Part shown: positions 58,014 to 64,000 of the stretch, piece after piece | Layout: each line of letters opens with the position of its first letter | How positions within the stretch are numbered: the first letter of the stretch is position 1 | DNA from: Polyangiales bacterium | GTDB lineage: Bacteria > Myxococcota_A > Polyangia > Polyangiales > Polyangiaceae | NCBI GenBank assembly: GCA_038231275.1 | Contig: JBBRLQ010000018.1 | Span: forward strand, 1 to 64,000 | Length of the DNA stretch: 64,000 nt | Direction: 5' to 3' | Translations under genes and position numbers: made by a program | Notes under the pieces: generated by a model | Told to the model about the DNA's origin: nothing | Databases searched by the model: none | What the model saw: only the letters and a program-made list of their open reading frames with translations

Positions 58014-60580
58014 GCGGCATGAGGCGCATGAGAGGGAGCGCGGCGAAGAGAGGCGTCACGACGCAGGCGTTCGTCGTCGCGGGCCTCGTCGGCCTGGCGT
58101 GCGGGAGCGCGTCGGCGAGCGAGCCGATGCCGACGCGCGCGGAGCGGATCCCGTCGCCGGGGCGCAGCATCGTGAGTGATGAGTCGGGCGAGGCCGTCTC
58201 GCTGAACCCCGCGAACCTGGCATTTTCGCCGGGGGCCGAGCTTCGCTGGACCGGCGTGCGCTGCCCCGACACGCACAAGGTCGGGTGCGGTCACGCCTTC
58301 ACCGTGTCGTCGCCGCTCTTCTTCGGCCTCGCGACCGGATTTCGCGTCGACTACGTGACGCCGCCCGGCGGGCCCGACGGTCCTGGGTTTCCGTACAACG
58401 GCTTCGACTACACCTGGATCACGTGGGGCCTCGGCTACCGGTACGGCGAGAAGCTCGCGGCGGGCGTCACGCTCCAGCGCTCTTACTCGACGAACTCGTA
58501 CACCGACGCGCTCTTCGGGATCACCGCGGGCGTGTCGTATCGGCCGTACACGCGCTTCGGCTTCGCGGCGGTCATTCGCGACTTCAACGGGCCGTCGATG
58601 CAGACGCTCCAGCCCAACGGACAGCCGATCCTCGATCGCAGCTACGCGCTCGGGATGGCGTTCCGGCCCACCGCGACGCGCGCCTTCGAGCTCGGCGTCG
58701 AGGCGAAGTACCTCGAGGGGAGCGACCAGGTCGTGCCGCGCGGCACCGCCGTCGTCGAGATCCCCGGCGTGGGCCGTGCGCGGGGTGACATCGAGGTCGC
58801 CAACCTCGGCAACGATCAGCGCCGCGGCATCGTCGCCTCCGCGGGCCTCGAGATCTCGTACCAGAACATCACCGCGGGCGGCGGAGCGCTGTTCGGCAGC
58901 GGGCTCGGCACGCCGCAGAGCACCGGCCAATACGCGACCGTCGCGATCTCGGCGTACACGAACCCCGGCGTGCCGCGCCTCGCGCGCGCGGTGTGGATCC
59001 GCAACGAGAGCGTCCCCGGCCCACGCAGCCACACCGCGCTCCTCCGTCGCCTCTGGCGCATCGCCGACGAAAAGGACGTCTCGGTCGTCACGATGGTCAT
59101 GCGCGCCGAGCCCGCCGCGTCGTACGCGCACGCCGAAGAGCTCGCCGACGCGTTCCGCCTCCTCCGCGCGAAGGGCAAGAAGGTCCTCTGCTCGTGGGAG
59201 AGCGCCGGCTCCAAGGCGCTCTACGCGTGCGCGAGCGCCGATCGCATCGTCATCAACCCGAGCGGAACCTTGCACTATGCAGGTATCCGCACGACCTACT
59301 TCTACATCGGCAAGCTCCTCGCGAACCTCGGGATCAAGGCCGAGATCGTGCGCATCGGCGTGTACAAAGAGGCGCCCGAGCAGTTCACGAACGAGGGCGG
59401 GAGCGACATCAACCGCGCCAACCACGAAGACTTCCTGCGCCAGCACGAGGCGGTCAGCGTGAAGAACCTCTCGGTCTACCGGAAGATCCCGGAGGAGCAG
59501 GTCCGCGCGTCGGTCGCCAAGGGCCCGTTCGTCGCAACCGACGCGCGCGAGGCGGGTTTCGTCGACGGGTTCGCCTTCGACGACGAGCTCGAGCGCGTGA
59601 GCAAGGAGCTCGCGGGCCGCAACGTGTCGTACACCAAGTGGGAGGACGAGACGAAGTCCCACGACTACTTCGGCGCGAAGAAGAAGGTCGCCATCCTCTA
59701 CGTCGACGGCGACATGGTCGACGGTCGTTCGTCGCGCATCCCGCTCATCGACATGCACCTCGTCGGCGGCTACACGATCGCCGAGACGGCGAAGCAGCTC
59801 CGCGAGGACAACGAGATCAAGGCGGTGGTCCTGCGCATCGAGAGCCCCGGCGGCTCCTCGCTCGCAGCGGAGGTCATGTGGCGCGAGCTGTCGCTCCTCG
59901 CCGCGAAGAAGCCGCTCATCGTGTCGATGGGCGGCGCGGCGGCGAGCGGCGGGTACTACATCGCGTCGGCGGGCACGCAGATCTTCGCGCTCCCTCTCAC
60001 CCTCACCGGTTCGATCGGGATCTTCTCCGGCAAGGCGGACATCAGCGAGCTCTTGAAGCGTATCGGCCTCAACGTCGAGACGTTCAAGACGAGCGAGCAC
60101 GCCGACGCCGACTCGTACTTCCGGCCGTACACCGAGGACGAGAAGGCGGCCGTGATGCGCCAAATCCGCCACTTTTACGACATTTTCCTCGATCGCGTCG
60201 CCACCGGGCGTCACATGACGAAGGAGCAGGTCGACGCGGTCGCGCAAGGGCACGTGTGGACCGGACAGCAAGCCGTCGAGCGAAAGCTTGTCGACAAGCT
60301 CGGCGGAATGCGCGAGGCGCTCGAAGCCGCGCGCGCCGCCGGAGGGCTGCCGAGCGACGCGCCGATCTCCGAATACCCGGTCGTCGAGCCGACGCTCCTC
60401 GATCGCGCGCTCGAGCTCGTGGGCGTGCGTGCCGGCGCGCTCACGATCGATGGGCTCCCCGTTCAGGTGAAGGACGTCGCGCGGGCGATCGCGCCGCTCG
60501 CCATTCACTCGAGCAGAGTGCCGCTCGCGCGCACGGAGTGGACGGCGCTCGAGGACGTCACCGGGACGGATCCGGAGTAG
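58010..60580 (+). CDS. sppA: Signal peptide peptidase SppA (S49) with N-terminal beta-barrel-like domain
   Basis: YKEAPE (Lys), RIESPGGS, SMGGAAASGGYY (Ser), TGSIG, AQGHVWTG. Confidence 0.9.
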   Translation: MSGMRRMRGSAAKRGVTTQAFVVAGLVGLACGSASASEPMPTRAERIPSPGRSIVSDESGEAVSLNPANLAFSPGAELRWTGVRCPDTHKVGCGHAFTVSSPLFFGLATGFRVDYVTPPGGPDGPGFPYNGFDYTWITWGLGYRYGEKLAAGVTLQRSYSTNSYTDALFGITAGVSYRPYTRFGFAAVIRDFNGPSMQTLQPNGQPILDRSYALGMAFRPTATRAFELGVEAKYLEGSDQVVPRGTAVVEIPGVGRARGDIEVANLGNDQRRGIVASAGLEISYQNITAGGGALFGSGLGTPQSTGQYATVAISAYTNPGVPRLARAVWIRNESVPGPRSHTALLRRLWRIADEKDVSVVTMVMRAEPAASYAHAEELADAFRLLRAKGKKVLCSWESAGSKALYACASADRIVINPSGTLHYAGIRTTYFYIGKLLANLGIKAEIVRIGVYKEAPEQFTNEGGSDINRANHEDFLRQHEAVSVKNLSVYRKIPEEQVRASVAKGPFVATDAREAGFVDGFAFDDELERVSKELAGRNVSYTKWEDETKSHDYFGAKKKVAILYVDGDMVDGRSSRIPLIDMHLVGGYTIAETAKQLREDNEIKAVVLRIESPGGSSLAAEVMWRELSLLAAKKPLIVSMGGAAASGGYYIASAGTQIFALPLTLTGSIGIFSGKADISELLKRIGLNVETFKTSEHADADSYFRPYTEDEKAAVMRQIRHFYDIFLDRVATGRHMTKEQVDAVAQGHVWTGQQAVERKLVDKLGGMREALEAARAAGGLPSDAPISEYPVVEPTLLDRALELVGVRAGALTIDGLPVQVKDVARAIAPLAIHSSRVPLARTEWTALEDVTGTDPE

Positions 60581-61373
60581 CGCGGAACAAACCGAGGACG
60601 CGATCGGTGAGCGTCGGGCGCTTGCTCGTCGTCGCGTCGCCTTCGGTGTCGATCACGATCGCCAGCGGCATTCCTAGCTCACGCGCGCGGAGCGTCGCCC
60701 GGCGGCAGAGAACCTCGGCCTCGCTCCGCGGGCAGCGCCCGACGACGGCGTGACCTTCGTAGTGCGTGGTGAGCATCAGATGGAGCGCCTCGGCGCTGCC
60801 CTTCGCGAACGTGTCGCGCAGGACGACGAGGACTCCCTCCATGGTGCTCGTGTCGTCGTTGAGGAGGAGGAGGCGCGCGACGTCGCTCGCGGCGGGAGCG
60901 CGGTACGGCGCGCCGACGCGATCGCCGGGGCGGCTGATCGGAGGGCGCTCGGCGGCGTCGAGGAGCGCGGCGACGTGGCGATGGCTGCGCAGGCGCTCGA
61001 GGACGTCACGCAGTGAGAGCGGCGAGCTCCGCCTTCCTGCCGCGTTCGCCGCCGCATTCATCGCCGCCATGATCTCGCGCCCGAGCGGCGCCTCCGGCGG
61101 GACGTGCGCGGTCGGGAGCGCGTCGAGGTGCGCCTCCAGCGTCTCGCGGACGAGCGAGAGATCGGGGCCTCCGTCGCGCTCGAGCGCGAACACCGCGGCG
61201 TGCGCGAAGTGCGCCGGCGAGACGGGCCCCTGCGCGCGCCGCGTCGCTTCGAGCGCAGCGACGGTGAGCGCGATCGTCAGCGCCGCTTCCTGCCGCAGCA
61301 TCTGCCTTCGCGCGGACGTCAACGCGCCCATGACGCCGAGCGACAATCCGACGAGCGCGAGCCACGCATCCAC
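60558..61373 (-). CDS. TM + Clp-N-like + ClpS domain protein
   Basis: ClpS LLLNDDTSTMEGV...LMLTTHYEGHAVVG...PL; N-terminal TM. Confidence 0.8.
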   Translation of the reverse strand: MDAWLALVGLSLGVMGALTSARRQMLRQEAALTIALTVAALEATRRAQGPVSPAHFAHAAVFALERDGGPDLSLVRETLEAHLDALPTAHVPPEAPLGREIMAAMNAAANAAGRRSSPLSLRDVLERLRSHRHVAALLDAAERPPISRPGDRVGAPYRAPAASDVARLLLLNDDTSTMEGVLVVLRDTFAKGSAEALHLMLTTHYEGHAVVGRCPRSEAEVLCRRATLRARELGMPLAIVIDTEGDATTSKRPTLTDRVLGLFRATPDPSR

Positions 61374-61451
61374 ATCGACAAGCGTAGCGCCTGGAAACGC
61401 TGCGCGCCCGAGCGGCCGACAGGGAAGACGACGCAGCTCACGGACGAGGTG

Positions 61452-62678
61452 TCACGCGGCCTCGAGCGTCAGGATCACCACGGCCGGCGCGACTCCGAGG
61501 CGCATCGGCGGCCCGGTCGTGCCGAGACCCGGATGCACATAGAGCGTCGAACGACCCTTGGTATAGAGGCCCTGGTGAAAATGGTGCGTCAGGTGCGACA
61601 GGGAGAGCCGCTTCGAGAGGAACGGGACCGCGATCTGGCCGCCATGCGTATGCCCGCTCAGCGTGAGCTCGACGTCACGCTTGGCGGCGGCGCGGAACCG
61701 CTCCGGATCGTGCGCCAGCAGGACCGTAGGAACGCCGTCGACGCGCCCCGCCAGCGCCGCGCCCATGTCGTCGCGCTTGGTCCAGGTGTCGTCGATGGCG
61801 CAGAGGTAGAGGCGACCCTCGCCGCGCGTCAGCATCACGCCCTCGTTGCGGAGGACGCGCGGCCCCTTCTCGCTAATTTTTGCGATGAGCGGCTCGCCGT
61901 CGCCGAAGTAGTCGTGGTTGCCCATCGACACGAAGACGCCGTCCTTGGCCTCGAGCACGCCGAGCACGTCGGCGACGTCGTCGTAGAACTCGGTGCCGCT
62001 CGTGACGAGATCGCCGGTGACCACGGTGAGATCAGGGGAGCGGTTGTTGGCGGCGCGTGACCACCGTTGGCCCCACTCGCGCGGCGTCGTCGCGCCGATG
62101 TGGAGATCGGAGAGCTGCGCGATCTTGTAGCCGTGAAACTCCTTCGGCAAATTCGGGATCTTCACGGTCACCTCGCGCATCTGGAAGACGCGGCGTCGCA
62201 CGAGGATGCCGTAGCCGGCGACGACAGCGCCCATCACGTAGAGCCACATGAAGAACGCCGCGGGGGGGAACACTGGCATGCCGCGCGCGAGCTGCACGAG
62301 CGGGTAGACCGTGACCATCAGCGCCGACGGCACGATCGTGAAGACGCATGCGCACCAATGAATGAAGTACGGGATGTCGACGAACTTCACGAAGAGCGGG
62401 TGCTTGCGGCGGTCGTACATGCCCGCGCGCGCGCGACCGAGGAAGAAGCCGATGCCGACCGCCGATACGGTGAGCGCAATCCAGAGCGGGGCCGGCGCGG
62501 AGAGCTCGGCGCGTCGCGCGGCCTCGTACACGCCGACGCCGAACGGCACGTGGACGATCGCCGTGATCGTCACGAGCATGCGCAGGAAGCGCGACATGCG
62601 CGGCTTCCTACCAATGGCGCGCCCCGCCGCGGTGGGCGGCGGCATGCTGGATTTGCGCGGGATCGTGGAGTCGGACAT
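61452..62678 (-). CDS. Membrane metallophosphoesterase (YkuE-like)
   Basis: SDLH, TGD, GNHD, LAHDP, SGHTHGGQ. Confidence 0.93.
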   Translation of the reverse strand: MSDSTIPRKSSMPPPTAAGRAIGRKPRMSRFLRMLVTITAIVHVPFGVGVYEAARRAELSAPAPLWIALTVSAVGIGFFLGRARAGMYDRRKHPLFVKFVDIPYFIHWCACVFTIVPSALMVTVYPLVQLARGMPVFPPAAFFMWLYVMGAVVAGYGILVRRRVFQMREVTVKIPNLPKEFHGYKIAQLSDLHIGATTPREWGQRWSRAANNRSPDLTVVTGDLVTSGTEFYDDVADVLGVLEAKDGVFVSMGNHDYFGDGEPLIAKISEKGPRVLRNEGVMLTRGEGRLYLCAIDDTWTKRDDMGAALAGRVDGVPTVLLAHDPERFRAAAKRDVELTLSGHTHGGQIAVPFLSKRLSLSHLTHHFHQGLYTKGRSTLYVHPGLGTTGPPMRLGVAPAVVILTLEAA

Positions 62679-62711
62679 CGGAGGGGGTGCTTGATCGCGG
62701 ATGCCCGCCTG

Positions 62712-64000
62712 TCAGCCGAGCCGCCCTTCGAGAATGGCGCCGTCGTCGCACACCGCGCGGACGACGCGCGCGCTCGCCCACACGGCGACGACGTTCGGCG
62801 TGATGCCGATGTCGCCGGTCATGCGGAGCCACCCCGACTGCGTTCGCCGCAGGAGGCGCGCTTGAGCCGAGCCGGCCCACACCGCGCCGTCGTCGCTCAC
62901 GGCGAGCGCGTAGAGATCGCGCGTGGTCTGGACGGCCTCGAGCTGCGCCTCGACGCGCGCGTTCAAGTAGAGCGCGTGGCCGCCGACGCCGATGGTGACA
63001 GCCCCGCCGTCGGCGAGCGCGGTGATCGCGTGGAGGTGCCCGCCGCAGATCGCGCCGAGGTGCGCGGCGACCCCCATCTCGAGGCGCACGAGCGTCCCCC
63101 AATCGCCGCACGCGAGGACGGTTCCGCCGAGCGTGCGCGTCACGGCGCGGAGGCGCGTGACCGAGGGCGCGTCGGCCACAAGCGTGAGGCGCTCGTGGGT
63201 GAGCTGCGCGATCGCGCCAATCGTGTTGCCGGGGACCGAACGCGGCTGGTTGGGTCGCGCCGGCCGCTCGCCGACCAGAGTGACGACGCCGCCTTCATCG
63301 ACGTGCGCGCCGAGGAACGTGAGCTCACGATCGGCGATGTTCAAGACCTCCGGCGCGCCGGCGCGCGGCACCGACATCGCGAGGCCGCCCTCGCCCGCCA
63401 TCAGCGCATCGTGCTCGCGGAGCCACTGGACCGTGCGCAGCGCGCGCACGTCGATCGCCGCGGGGAGAGGCACACCCGACCACCCGCCGCGCTCCCACCG
63501 CGCGACGCCGTTCGGGCCGGCCGCGACGAGCACTTCGCCCGACGGCGCGAACGCCGCCGCGCGCACGGTGCCGCTCGCGAGGGGGCGCGTGACCACCGAC
63601 CACGTCCACGCGGCGGGGTTCGACGCGGGCCCTTCGAGCGCGCGCAGTCGCTCGCTCGGGCGTTGGTTCGGCGGCTGAGGAGTGTTCGAGAATGCGCCTT
63701 GCACCGGGAACGGCGTGGGCGCGGTTGGCGAGGGGCCGGGGATCACCGCCATCGGAGCCGTCCTCGGCACCGGACCGGGCCCTCCCATCGGACCGCCGCC
63801 TCCTGGCCCATGCGATGGCGACGGGCCGGGCGTGGGGATGGGACCGACGCTCGGCGATGGCTGACCGACCGCGTTCACGACACGCACGCCCGAGCCGGAG
63901 GGGGCCTGCGGGTTGCGCGACGAGTTGCGAAACGCCGGCTCCGTCGCGATGAACGGCGACACTGCCGAGTCGGGGCTGCCCAATCCTGGCACCACCGAGC
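62712..64000 (-). CDS. 3' part of a large protein (Pro-rich linker + beta-propeller); 5' end outside the window
   Basis: Open frame to the window edge; repeats such as LRAV...ACGDWG, LHAI...VGG, LYAL...AGS. Confidence 0.75.
   Translation of the reverse strand, partial: SVVPGLGSPDSAVSPFIATEPAFRNSSRNPQAPSGSGVRVVNAVGQPSPSVGPIPTPGPSPSHGPGGGGPMGGPGPVPRTAPMAVIPGPSPTAPTPFPVQGAFSNTPQPPNQRPSERLRALEGPASNPAAWTWSVVTRPLASGTVRAAAFAPSGEVLVAAGPNGVARWERGGWSGVPLPAAIDVRALRTVQWLREHDALMAGEGGLAMSVPRAGAPEVLNIADRELTFLGAHVDEGGVVTLVGERPARPNQPRSVPGNTIGAIAQLTHERLTLVADAPSVTRLRAVTRTLGGTVLACGDWGTLVRLEMGVAAHLGAICGGHLHAITALADGGAVTIGVGGHALYLNARVEAQLEAVQTTRDLYALAVSDDGAVWAGSAQARLLRRTQSGWLRMTGDIGITPNVVAVWASARVVRAVCDDGAILEGRLG

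Noticed and set aside
1..64000. tRNA, rRNA, prophage or defence-system genes
   Set aside because: No cloverleaf, rRNA, phage structural or recognisable defence motifs were found by eye; a covariance-model scan was not possible.

Overview
Very GC-rich window, most consistent with a myxobacterium (Polyangiaceae/Labilithrix-like): it has a bacNOP bactofilin trio, an FHA-sigma54 activator, a eukaryotic-like Ser/Thr kinase and many Cys-rich lipoproteins. The first ~7 kb is a decayed accessory zone, with IS3, IS91-like and rve-integrase remnants and truncated regulator and membrane genes around a few intact genes (lectin-like lipoprotein, FMN reductase, GAF-GGDEF cyclase). The rest is mostly core and envelope genes: ppsR, pyrE, bacNOP, trmH-like, tamB-tamA, five GT-C-type membrane glycosyltransferases, def, an acyl-CoA dehydrogenase pair, PA14-GH43, rplM-rpsI, SurA-like, transglutaminase-VWA-acyltransferase, UDPGP, sppA, a ClpS fusion and a metallophosphoesterase. 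I saw no rRNA, tRNA or CRISPR array. The most notable items are (1) a candidate self-contained circuit, FHA-EBP -> enhancer dyad + sigma54 promoter -> peptide deformylase coupled to a receptor kinase; (2) a signal-peptide protein resembling EspA/Bsp22 T3SS filament subunits with no T3SS nearby; (3) SppA fused to an apparent outer-membrane beta-barrel; (4) a membrane-anchored ClpA-N/ClpS fusion; and (5) recurring near-leaderless sigma54 and sigma70 promoter geometry. All family calls come from motif recognition by eye, not database searches.
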